Shown here piece after piece: positions 26,657-35,160 of a stretch of 64,000 bases of DNA. The notes below the pieces were generated by a model that worked only from the letters and a program-made list of their open reading frames with translations, had not been told where the DNA came from and did no database searches. Source of the DNA: Candidatus Methylomirabilales bacterium (GTDB taxonomy: Bacteria; Methylomirabilota; Methylomirabilia; Methylomirabilales; CSP1-5); the NCBI GenBank assembly GCA_041599135.1, contig JBFHXD010000001.1, forward strand, positions 7,473-71,472, in the 5' to 3' direction. Position 1 is the first letter of the stretch. Every line of letters starts with the position of its first letter. A program made the translations under genes and the position numbers.

Positions 26657-27301
26657 ATGATTCTGCTCGAAGAGGTCAGTTTCGATGTCATTGTGGCCTG
26701 CTGGCTCAGAGCAGAGCTTTCCTCTCCTCGGTTTCGTCCCCGGCTCGTGAAGGCCCTGAGACATTTGCGCACTTCTCCCCGTGTGATTGAGAAACCACGC
26801 TTGACCAGTCGCCGGGAAAATTTCCTGCGACAAAGAACGCTCGCGCTGTACCGGGGAGACATCTCAAGAACCTTTCCCTCGGATACCCGGTGGTGGCGAA
26901 GTATGATCACTCCCGAAGAATTTCGGAGGCTCCGGGTCATTAACTACCCAACCTGGACCTTCCTCTCGCGCGACTCTGGAAGACTCTCAACGGCGGCGCA
27001 CGTGATCTCAGGGGAAGCCGTCTCCATCAAGGGGAAGGACCGATTGGCCCGGGAAGCCCATGCGGTGATCACAAACGTGCACGAGATCCGAGATCGGCTG
27101 AAGGTGGCCAAGATCCTCAAGCATCAACTCATCTTGATGGGACGGCCCAAGGGGAGGACATGGACGATTCTCGAAGGCAACAAACGAGGGACGGGCCTTT
27201 ACATGCGATGCTTTCTCGCAAAGGCCGAGCCTTTTCCCCCATGCCTTCACGTCTTGGTCGGTCTCACCGCCAAGCCTTTTCCGTGGCTTCGGGTCCGCTA
27301 A
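26657..27301 (+). CDS. Hypothetical protein, compositionally atypical orphan
   Basis: 214-aa ORF with no clear RBS. It has many A/T-ending and AGA/AGG codons compared with its neighbours. No recognisable motif. Confidence 0.4.
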   Translation: MILLEEVSFDVIVACWLRAELSSPRFRPRLVKALRHLRTSPRVIEKPRLTSRRENFLRQRTLALYRGDISRTFPSDTRWWRSMITPEEFRRLRVINYPTWTFLSRDSGRLSTAAHVISGEAVSIKGKDRLAREAHAVITNVHEIRDRLKVAKILKHQLILMGRPKGRTWTILEGNKRGTGLYMRCFLAKAEPFPPCLHVLVGLTAKPFPWLRVR

Positions 27302-27309
27302 CACTCATT

Positions 27310-27891
27310 TTACGAACCGCGCCCATTGCCCCTGGCATGGAGGGAACGTTCAGCGGCGGCGAGATTCTGCTCTACCTCCGGCATGTTGGGATTCACAGCT
27401 AAGGCTCTTTTAAAAAGCTCCTGAGCCTTCTGCAACTGGCCCAGGGCCAAACAACAGAGTCCTTCCCCACTCAAGGCACCGAAATGGTAGGCATTTCTGG
27501 CGACGGTAGCTTCACAGTCCGCGATCGATTCCGCATACTTCCCCATCAGATAGTAGGCCGTCGCCCGCTTATTATATCCTTCGGCAAATTCGGGGGCCCG
27601 CTCAATCACCCGCGTGAAAGTCGCGACCGCCTCCACCCAGGCTTCTCGCTCCAGGGCCTGGATTCCCTCCTGCAGTAACGTATCGATCGCGAGATCACCA
27701 GATCGGCACCAGATCTGCCACAGCGAGTGTTCCGCGATGGTTCGCACTCCCCAGTCCTCATCCCGCAGGGCCTGTACCAGGGGCTCCACGGCCCCCGCAC
27801 CCCCGATCGCCCCCAAGACGTCGGCGGCCTGACGACGTGCTTCCATCCCCCCTTCCTGTAATTGCTTGATGGCGTCATCTTCGGACATCAC
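27310..27891 (-). CDS. HEAT-repeat + TPR-repeat protein
   Basis: HEAT-like unit (RRQAADVLGAIGGAGAVEPLVQALRDEDWGVR) followed by TPR units (AEGYNKRATAYYLMGKYAESIADCEATVARN...). Confidence 0.7.
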   Translation of the reverse strand: MMSEDDAIKQLQEGGMEARRQAADVLGAIGGAGAVEPLVQALRDEDWGVRTIAEHSLWQIWCRSGDLAIDTLLQEGIQALEREAWVEAVATFTRVIERAPEFAEGYNKRATAYYLMGKYAESIADCEATVARNAYHFGALSGEGLCCLALGQLQKAQELFKRALAVNPNMPEVEQNLAAAERSLHARGNGRGS

Positions 27892-27913
27892 ATCCCCACA
27901 ATCTGCAGTGACA

Positions 27914-28063
27914 AGCTAGAATGCTAGGACGCGAGTATGCTGGAAAGTCAGAAAGCTCCGACGGAGTCAATGACGGCCAGTGTCCCCTGCTCGCCCGACC
28001 GGCGTCCCAGCGTCCCAGCCTCCTAGCCTACCAGCGGCTGATGGCTGATTGCTGACGGCTGAT
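27914..28063. repeat. Octamer palindromic array (family A) plus a GGCTGAT heptamer run
   Basis: Forward AGCTAGAA TGCTAGGA CGCGAGTA TGCTGGAA AGTCAGAA AGCTCCGA (27914-27961). Inverted GCGTCCCA GCGTCCCA GCCTCCTA GCCTACCA (28002-28033). Then GGCTGAT GGCTGAT TGCTGAC GGCTGAT (28036-28063). Confidence 0.75.
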
Positions 28064-28066
28064 AAG

Positions 28067-28774
28067 CTAAAGATTCCGGAGCGCGAGGGACAGGTGCGCC
28101 ACATGCCGATATACCTCCCGAGCCCCGTGTGCCCTGAAGGCATCTACTGGAAACAGATGGGCGATGCCGATGCCGAAATAGCCGAGCTCCGTGGCCACGG
28201 TCACATCTTCGGGGATGCTGGTGAGAAGAAAACTCTGGGCGGCAAAAGTGTCAATCGGCAGCCCAACTGTCTCTGGACAGGCGACCATCTGTCCGCGCCC
28301 CCGCGGAGCTCGCTCGGTCCCGATCACCCATCCGAAGAGACCCTTGAGCCCTGCCTCATCGAGTTTGCCCTCCGCGATCCCGAACTCCGTTTCGGACAGT
28401 ACGAACAGTTGTGTCTCTCGAGAGGCCAGAATCTGCAAGAGCTCCCGAGCGCCTTCCGAGACGACAGGGCGTGAGGCAGCCACAACCTCACGAAATTCTG
28501 TGGAAGCCTGAGCCGCCTGTTCCGCTGGACGGCCGTGTTGGGCGAGCAGGCGCACAAGCTTCACCTCCAAAGGAAGCACCTCATGGGCCTGATAGAACCG
28601 AAGGGCCTCTTTCGCCGAGATCTGATATCGGTGCTGGAGAAACCGGCCGAACTCCCGCCGGTACAGGATACCCGGGTTGAAGATCACGCCTTCAAGGTCC
28701 ACGAGCCCGAATCGAAAGTCGAGAATCCGCATCCCCATAATCCCAACGGTAACTGGGAAGCCGGAAGAGATCAA
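28067..28774 (-). CDS. HAD-superfamily hydrolase
   Basis: Motif I-like LVDLEGVIF, Rossmannoid core, LFVLSETE and a late Asp-containing region. The nucleophile motif is divergent. Confidence 0.6.
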   Translation of the reverse strand: MISSGFPVTVGIMGMRILDFRFGLVDLEGVIFNPGILYRREFGRFLQHRYQISAKEALRFYQAHEVLPLEVKLVRLLAQHGRPAEQAAQASTEFREVVAASRPVVSEGARELLQILASRETQLFVLSETEFGIAEGKLDEAGLKGLFGWVIGTERAPRGRGQMVACPETVGLPIDTFAAQSFLLTSIPEDVTVATELGYFGIGIAHLFPVDAFRAHGAREVYRHVAHLSLALRNL

Positions 28775-28837
28775 CTCCCTTTACACCCACACCGGTGACA
28801 GAGGGACGAGATACACTCACGACAGGCGGACCGAACA

Positions 28838-28867
28838 CAAAAAGGGCCCCGCGATTCCGCGGGGCCC
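28838..28867 (-). terminator. Rho-independent terminator after glnA
   Basis: Minus strand: GGGCCCCGCG-gaat-CGCGGGGCCC (perfect 10-bp stem) followed by TTTTT, 25 nt after the glnA stop. Confidence 0.8.
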
Positions 28868-28891
28868 TGGAGGGGGAAAGACGGCAGCAAC

Positions 28892-30304
28892 CTACAGATC
28901 GTAATACAGGACGAATTCGTAAGGATGGGGACGGAGCCGGACTGGGTCTACTTCTTTCGTTCGCTTGTACCAGAGCCATGTCTCGATGACGTCCTCGGTG
29001 AAAACATCCCCCTTCAGGAGAAATTCGTGATCTCGCTCGAGGGCATCCAGCGCCTCCGCTAACGAGCCGGGGACCGCCGGGACCTCCGCGAGCTCTTCGG
29101 GCGGCAACTCGTAGATATCCTTGTCGAGTGGGGACCCGGGATCGATCTTATTCTCGATCCCGTCAAGCCCGGCCATAAGCATGGCGGCGAAGGCGAAGTA
29201 ACCGTTACAGGTGTTATCGGGGAAGCGAACCTCAACGCGCTTTGCCTTGGGGCTCGGGCTGTACATGGGGATCCGTATGCCTGCCGAGCGGTTCCGGCTG
29301 GAGTACGCCAGATTCACGGGTGCCTCATACCCCGGCACCAACCGCTTGTACGAGTTAGTCGTCGGGGCAACAAAGGCGCACAGCGCCGGGGCATGGTGGA
29401 GGATGCCCCCGATATAATAGAGCGCCAGATCGGACAACCCGGCATAGCCGTGGCCGGCGAAGAGGGGTGTGCCCCCCCGCCAGAGGCTCTGGTGGGTGTG
29501 CATGCCGGAGCCGTTATCGCCGAAAAGCGGCTTCGGCATAAATGTGACGGTCTTCCCGTGCTTCCGCGCCACGTTCCTGACAACGTACTTGTACGTCATG
29601 AGATTGTCGGCCATCTTCGTGAGGGGGGCAAAGCGCATGTCGATCTCTGCCTGGCCTCCGGTGGCCACTTCGTGGTGCTGCGCTTCCACCTTGATCCCCA
29701 TCTGCTCCAAAATGAGCACCATCTCGGTCCGGATATCCATGAATTGGTCGGTGGGTGCGACCGGAAAATATCCCTCCTTGTAGCGAGACTTGTAGCCGAG
29801 GTTGGGCCCTTCCACCCGTCCCATGTTCCACTGTCCCTCGATGGAGTCCAGAAAATAATATCCGCACTGTGGCTGAAAGTCGAACCGGACGTCGTCAAAG
29901 ATGAAGAACTCGGGTTCCGGCCCGAAGTACGCCGTATCGGCAACGCCAGTAGCCCTGAGGTAGGCCTCGGCCTTTTGGGCGACGCTGCGGGGATCCCGGG
30001 TGTACTGTTCTCGCGTGATCGGGTCCAGGATGTTGCATATCAGGCTGAGCGTGGGGACGGCCGTGAAGGGGTCCATAACGGCCGTCTGTGGATCCGGGAG
30101 GACAACCATGTCACTGGCGTGGATCGCTTGCCATCCCCGGATGCTCGACCCATCAAAACCCACTCCTTCCTCAAAGGTGTCCTCGTCGAGGCTGCTGATG
30201 GGGACGGTAAAGTGTTGCCACATGCCCGGGAAATCCATGAACTTCAGATCAACCATCCTGGCCCCGTTATCACTGGCGAACTTGATAGCCTCTTTCGGCG
30301 TCAT
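28892..30304 (-). CDS. glnA: Glutamine synthetase type I
   Basis: 470 aa, with the GS-I blocks [33 protein letters not shown] and [16 protein letters not shown], and an adenylylation-loop Tyr ([11 protein letters not shown]). Confidence 0.97.
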   Translation of the reverse strand: MTPKEAIKFASDNGARMVDLKFMDFPGMWQHFTVPISSLDEDTFEEGVGFDGSSIRGWQAIHASDMVVLPDPQTAVMDPFTAVPTLSLICNILDPITREQYTRDPRSVAQKAEAYLRATGVADTAYFGPEPEFFIFDDVRFDFQPQCGYYFLDSIEGQWNMGRVEGPNLGYKSRYKEGYFPVAPTDQFMDIRTEMVLILEQMGIKVEAQHHEVATGGQAEIDMRFAPLTKMADNLMTYKYVVRNVARKHGKTVTFMPKPLFGDNGSGMHTHQSLWRGGTPLFAGHGYAGLSDLALYYIGGILHHAPALCAFVAPTTNSYKRLVPGYEAPVNLAYSSRNRSAGIRIPMYSPSPKAKRVEVRFPDNTCNGYFAFAAMLMAGLDGIENKIDPGSPLDKDIYELPPEELAEVPAVPGSLAEALDALERDHEFLLKGDVFTEDVIETWLWYKRTKEVDPVRLRPHPYEFVLYYDL

Positions 30305-30326
30305 GATTCCCCCCAGATTCGCTTAC

Positions 30327-30415
30327 CGTTAACCGACGTCCGATGACCGTTCACCGACGACCGATTACAGAAAGGAAAGCCGGCCGACCTTACGGTCGTC
30401 GGTCATCGGTCAACG
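30327..30415. repeat. Heptamer palindromic array (family B) in the glnB-glnA spacer
   Basis: CGTTAAC CGACGTC CGATGAC CGTTCAC CGACGAC CGATTAC (30327-30368), then an inverted GTCGTCG GTCATCG GTCAACG (30395-30415). There is 11/11-bp pairing between 30353-30363 and 30393-30403. Confidence 0.8.
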
Positions 30416-30425
30416 GTGCACAAAA

Positions 30426-30868
<443 letters not shown>

Positions 30869-31043
30869 AGCCCTTTTTCGCATCTGAGAACCTGTAAATC
30901 CCTGGAAATTTAATGGGAACCTAGAAACCAGCACATCTGTCTTTCCCTTCTCACCCCCTTCTTTCATGCCCACGGATTAGGCAGATCTCTTGTCCTTGCC
31001 CGTTTGATCGGCAGGATCCCAGTAAAGCTGTCAGCGGTCGATT

Positions 31044-31097
31044 CGATGACCGATCACCGCTAACCGATGACCGTCTCTAGTCGGTCGTCGATCAACG
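31044..31097. repeat. Heptamer palindromic array (family B)
   Basis: CGATGAC CGATCAC CGCTAAC CGATGAC (31044-31071), then an inverted GTCGTCG ATCAACG (31084-31097) that overlaps the stop codon of the galT-like gene. Confidence 0.75.
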
Positions 31098-32102
31098 GTC
31101 AGTAGTTAGCACGGCATCCCGCAGGTACTGCGCCGCCTCTTCCGGCGGAGTGGGGTTGATGTAGAAACCGGTTCCCCATTCAAAGCCGGCCAGCCGGGTC
31201 AGCCTCGGCGTAATCTCGAGGTGCCAGTGGTACTGGACCGGTTCGTCTTCCCGGAGGGGAGCATTGTGCATCACCAAGTTATACGGAGGATCCGACAACA
31301 GGCGCTCGATCCGCTGCAAAGTTTCCTTGAGGATGCGGGCAAGGCTCCCGTGTTCCTGTTTCCCGATATGCTCAAAGGCGGTCTCGTGGATACGCGGGAC
31401 GATCCAGGTCTCAAAGGGGAATCGCGGCGCAAAAGGGGCCATGGCCACGAAATGATCGTTTGCCGAGACCACTCGCCCCCCATGAGTGAGTTCTTGTCGG
31501 ACGATATCACAATAGACGCAGCGCCCCGTATCAGCATAGTACTGCTTCACCCCGTCCACTTCCTCTTGTACCCGTTTGGGGACGATGGGAGTCGCGATCA
31601 GCTGAGAATGCGTGTGCTCCAATGAAGCCCCCGCGGCCTCCCCGTGGTTTTTAAAGATCAAGATATACTGAAATCGGGTATCCTGCTTGAGGTCGAGGAT
31701 GCGGTCGCGATAGGCCCATAGTACCTCCTCGATCTGTGGCTCCGGCATTCCGGGCAGGGTTTGATCATGGTCGGGGGTTTCGACGATTACCTCGTGTGCA
31801 CCGATACCGCTCATTTTGTCGTAGATCCCCTCCGTCTGTCGGTTGAGATCCCCCTCATCTATGAGGGCCGGGAACTTGTTGGCGACGACGCGGACGCGCC
31901 AGCCCGGGGTGTTTGGGGATCCCCCGTCGCTTCGGTAGACCAAGATCTCAGGAGGGGTTTTCTCTTCATTGCCAGGACAAAAGGGACAGAAGCCGCGCCG
32001 CCGGGTGGGGGGCTCCATGTCAAAGTCGGAAGGACGCTTCCCGCGCTCTGTCGAGATGATCACCCAGCGGCTGGTGACCGGATCCTTACGCAGCTCCGGC
32101 AC
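31092..32102 (-). CDS. galT: GalT-type (HIT-superfamily) hexose-1-phosphate nucleotidyltransferase
   Basis: GTG 32102 is preceded by AAGGGAGG-N7. This RBS overlaps the upstream TAA, so the longer ORF to 32324 is rejected. Zinc motif CPFCPGNE, active-site HTHSQL (HxHxQ), and PELRKDPVTSRWVIIS N-terminus. Confidence 0.8.
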   Translation of the reverse strand: MPELRKDPVTSRWVIISTERGKRPSDFDMEPPTRRRGFCPFCPGNEEKTPPEILVYRSDGGSPNTPGWRVRVVANKFPALIDEGDLNRQTEGIYDKMSGIGAHEVIVETPDHDQTLPGMPEPQIEEVLWAYRDRILDLKQDTRFQYILIFKNHGEAAGASLEHTHSQLIATPIVPKRVQEEVDGVKQYYADTGRCVYCDIVRQELTHGGRVVSANDHFVAMAPFAPRFPFETWIVPRIHETAFEHIGKQEHGSLARILKETLQRIERLLSDPPYNLVMHNAPLREDEPVQYHWHLEITPRLTRLAGFEWGTGFYINPTPPEEAAQYLRDAVLTTDR

Positions 32103-32116
32103 GGAGATGCCTCCCT

Positions 32117-33046
32117 TTACTGAAGTGAACCGAGCAACGTGACGACCGCTTGCTGGACCGCGAGATCGGACCCGTCCACCGTTAGGGTTGCCGCATGGGT
32201 CACCCCGTCCCGTGCTCCTGCTTGCAAAGCCGCTTCGAGCATCGCCGCTTCTTCCTCCGGCGTGTGCAAGAGGTGGCGCCCAGTGAGAGCCTGAAGGCAG
32301 GCCACCACACCATAGGCTCCCCAATTGGAGATGGAGCTCACGACGAGCGCATCGGTCCCGATGTCACAGCCGATACTCCCGCGGCAGGGACACCGACACC
32401 GCCCGGACCGCAGGGGAGGGCTGACCTCGGGACCGAAAAGGAGACCGAAGCCCACCTCATTGCCCCGATCCCCGACTGCCACCGTGAGAATTTGCCGGTC
32501 CTTGGCTCCATCGAACAGCCCCCGAACCGACGCATGATGAGCCGAGACATCCCGCCCCCGCATGTCGTGGGTTACCCCCTTGGGGTTCGGACCGAGCTTT
32601 TCCACGCTGATGATCGCCCTTGGTTTCAGCTCCTCTAAAAAACGATATCCCGCTTCCTCTTGGGCGCATGGGAACGCCAAGAGAGGGTACTCCACTCCCA
32701 TCACCTTGAGTGTCGCCCGAAGCGGTTCCAAATTTCTCTCCTCCGAGATCACATAAGGCCGCGCCCCCAAACCCAGGTGAAGGGCCCGCGCCAGCACCGC
32801 CGCTCCCAACGGGCCGTCCGTCTCACCGAAGGGAAGCTCCGGAGGAGCCCCTGCGCCCGTGAGGAGGAGTGGCGTATCATCCGACCGGATCTCCTCGGCG
32901 AGCCGCGAAGCTGCTCGGAGGGTCAGCGGACCCTTTTGGAGCCGCCGCGCCGCTCGATACAACCGTTGGACATCTCCTCCAGAAGTGCCCCGCGGAACGA
33001 GACAGATCTGGTCGGTGACCCCTCCGAGCTTTCCGACGCTCCCCAA
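32117..33046 (-). CDS. DUF4392-like protein (C-terminal-domain family of D-glutamate cyclase)
   Basis: LLLTGAGAPPELPFGETDGPLGAAVLARAL... and SVEKLGPN...GVTHDMRG match my recollection of the DUF4392 signature. Assignment is from memory, not from a search. Confidence 0.6.
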   Translation of the reverse strand: MGSVGKLGGVTDQICLVPRGTSGGDVQRLYRAARRLQKGPLTLRAASRLAEEIRSDDTPLLLTGAGAPPELPFGETDGPLGAAVLARALHLGLGARPYVISEERNLEPLRATLKVMGVEYPLLAFPCAQEEAGYRFLEELKPRAIISVEKLGPNPKGVTHDMRGRDVSAHHASVRGLFDGAKDRQILTVAVGDRGNEVGFGLLFGPEVSPPLRSGRCRCPCRGSIGCDIGTDALVVSSISNWGAYGVVACLQALTGRHLLHTPEEEAAMLEAALQAGARDGVTHAATLTVDGSDLAVQQAVVTLLGSLQ

Positions 33047-33058
33047 CGTTTCACCCTC

Positions 33059-33571
33059 TCACCGCACGGCCACCCGAGCTTGAAGGCGATTGCTGACCTG
33101 TCCCCGCTCATCGACGACAAAGACTTCATAGACTCGTGATCCGCCGATTTTCTCTAATTGCTTGTCGGGACCCACCGCCCCTCCTTCAAATCCTCGCGCT
33201 TGTGAGCGGAGGACCGGGGCGGAGGGGCGTTCAATGCTGACGGTGATCGTCTCCCTCGCCGTCCCTTCCGTTCGTCCGAGGTACCGGCCCCGGCTGAGCA
33301 GCTGATTCTCGAGTCCCGTGGCCACCGTAAAGTCTGTGACCTCTCTTATTACGCCGTAGTAGACGTCCACAATATCTCCATCGATGTCTCGAAAATCAAA
33401 GAGTAAGGTTACCTCCCCCCCACTCTCCACCACGGGCGGCTCGATCCGAAAATTGCTGATGCGGGGAACGCCGGGACCAGGCGCGGTAGGCTTGTATTTC
33501 GAACAGCCGCCCCAGAGTCCCAGTACAATAACACATCCCACGACGGTCAATCCCCGAGCCGCTTGTCTCAT
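33059..33571 (-). CDS. Lipoprotein of unknown function
   Basis: Signal peptide with lipobox LGLWGG-C. Beta-rich mature part. 4-nt overlap with the hyuB stop. Confidence 0.6.
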   Translation of the reverse strand: MRQAARGLTVVGCVIVLGLWGGCSKYKPTAPGPGVPRISNFRIEPPVVESGGEVTLLFDFRDIDGDIVDVYYGVIREVTDFTVATGLENQLLSRGRYLGRTEGTARETITVSIERPSAPVLRSQARGFEGGAVGPDKQLEKIGGSRVYEVFVVDERGQVSNRLQARVAVR

Positions 33572-35151
33572 GTGTTCCCCTCCGTCTTCCTCCCGTATCC
33601 CCCTCCTCCGGGGGTTCGAATGCTGATGACATCGCCGGCACCGATGCGCATGTGAAACTTGGAACCGAGGACCTCCTCTCCGCTTGAGGTGATGAGAATG
33701 CTCTCGCCCGCCTGACCTGCATCTCCGCCGCGCAGCCCATAGGGGCGAAACCGCCGCCGGTCAGAGAGGAGACCGACCGTGGCGTCTGCCAGCAGTTGAA
33801 AATCACGGCGGATCCCATCCCCCCCCCGAGATCTCCCCTTCCCTCCTGATCCGCGGCGAATCTCGTAGCAGAGTATCCGAACGGGATAGGCGTGTTCCAA
33901 GGCTTCGATCGGAGTATTCCAGGTATTGGTCATATGGGTCTGCACAGCATCCAGGCCGTCTCGCGTCGGCCGTGCTCCCATCCCTCCGGCAATCGTTTCG
34001 TAGTAGGCAAAATTGCGCCCGCGTTCCGGATCATACCCTCCGATACTCAAGTTGCTCATGGTCCCGGCGCTAGCTGCAGGGATACGATCGGCTAGAGCCG
34101 TGGCTAGGGCTCCCAAGAGCACATCCACGATCCGCTGAGACATCTCGACATTCCCACCGGCCACGGCTGCGGGAGGCATGGCGTTGACGACCGTCCCCGC
34201 CGGAGCCACAACGGTCAAAGGGACCATGCATCCTGCATTAGAGGGAATGTCAAAGTCCACGAGACAACGGAACACATAGAAGACGGCCGACAGCGTGACG
34301 GCGTAGACCGCGTTGACACTGCCCGCCACCTGTGGCGACGTCCCGGTAAAGTCGATGAGGGCATGATCCCCGCTCACGGTAACCGTCACGGCGATGCGCA
34401 CAGGCTCGGTCGTGATCCCGTCATCGTCTAGGTAATCTTCAAAGGTATAGCGGCCATCCGGAATTTGGCGAATGGCTTCCCGGGTCATCCGCTCGGCATA
34501 CGACTTGAGTTCCTCCATATAGTAGATCGTCTTTTCTGTCCCGTACCGGGCGACGATTTCTAAGAGGCGTCTCCTGCCCGTTTCGTTCGCCGCTAGCTGA
34601 GCCTCCATGTCCCCCTCCCGCTCGTGGGGAGTCCGGACATTGGCCAAGAGGAGATCAATCACATCCCGTTGCAGCGTCCCCCCTTTCACGAGCGTGACCG
34701 GTGGGATCCGAATCCCCTCTTGAAAGACCTCCGTCGCCACCGCCATGGAGCCAGGGGCCATCCCCCCCACGTCAGCGTGGTGCGCCCGGTTGGCGACAAA
34801 GAACAGCGGGGACCCCCGTTCGTCCCCGAAGACAGGCGAGATGAGTGTGATATCAGGCAGGTGGGTCCCCCCCCGGTATGGATCGTTCAGGATGATAGTA
34901 TCCCCAGGGCCCACTGGCCTTCCTTCCATCGCACCCTTCACCGCCAGTGGCATCGACCCCAGGTGAACCGGGATATGGGCCGCCTGGGCGATCATGTCGC
35001 CTCCTGCATCGAAGATGGCGCATGAGTAATCGCGGCGCTCCTTGATATTGGGAGAGTGTCCGGTGCGACAGAGCGCAACGCCCATCTCCTCGGCCACCGA
35101 GGCGAGAAGATTCTTGAATACTTCGAGCTTGATGGGATCGTAGCTTCCCAC
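33568..35151 (-). CDS. Hydantoinase B / 5-oxoprolinase-family subunit (HyuB)
   Basis: DPIKLEVFKNLLASVAEEMGVALCRTGHSPNIKERRDYSCAIFD... and ILNDPYRGGTHLPDITL are hallmark HyuB blocks. Confidence 0.9.
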   Translation of the reverse strand: MGSYDPIKLEVFKNLLASVAEEMGVALCRTGHSPNIKERRDYSCAIFDAGGDMIAQAAHIPVHLGSMPLAVKGAMEGRPVGPGDTIILNDPYRGGTHLPDITLISPVFGDERGSPLFFVANRAHHADVGGMAPGSMAVATEVFQEGIRIPPVTLVKGGTLQRDVIDLLLANVRTPHEREGDMEAQLAANETGRRRLLEIVARYGTEKTIYYMEELKSYAERMTREAIRQIPDGRYTFEDYLDDDGITTEPVRIAVTVTVSGDHALIDFTGTSPQVAGSVNAVYAVTLSAVFYVFRCLVDFDIPSNAGCMVPLTVVAPAGTVVNAMPPAAVAGGNVEMSQRIVDVLLGALATALADRIPAASAGTMSNLSIGGYDPERGRNFAYYETIAGGMGARPTRDGLDAVQTHMTNTWNTPIEALEHAYPVRILCYEIRRGSGGKGRSRGGDGIRRDFQLLADATVGLLSDRRRFRPYGLRGGDAGQAGESILITSSGEEVLGSKFHMRIGAGDVISIRTPGGGGYGRKTEGNT

Positions 35152-35160
35152 GAGCCCCCT

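Noticed and set aside
27914-28063. Whether the tandem octamer/heptamer arrays (also at 25757-25874 and 30327-30415) are CRISPR arrays
   Set aside because: The units are 7-8 nt and directly abutting, with no unique spacers and no cas genes in the window. They are short tandem/palindromic repeats, not CRISPR.
29393-30346. 317-aa + ORF antisense to glnA
   Set aside because: glnA is certain. The antisense product has no motifs and a shadow-frame composition.
31092-32324. The long 410-aa version of the galT-like ORF
   Set aside because: The first 74 codons (Gly/Arg/Ser-rich) overlap the DUF4392-like gene. GTG 32102 with AAGGGAGG-N7 begins at the conserved PELRKDP N-terminus.
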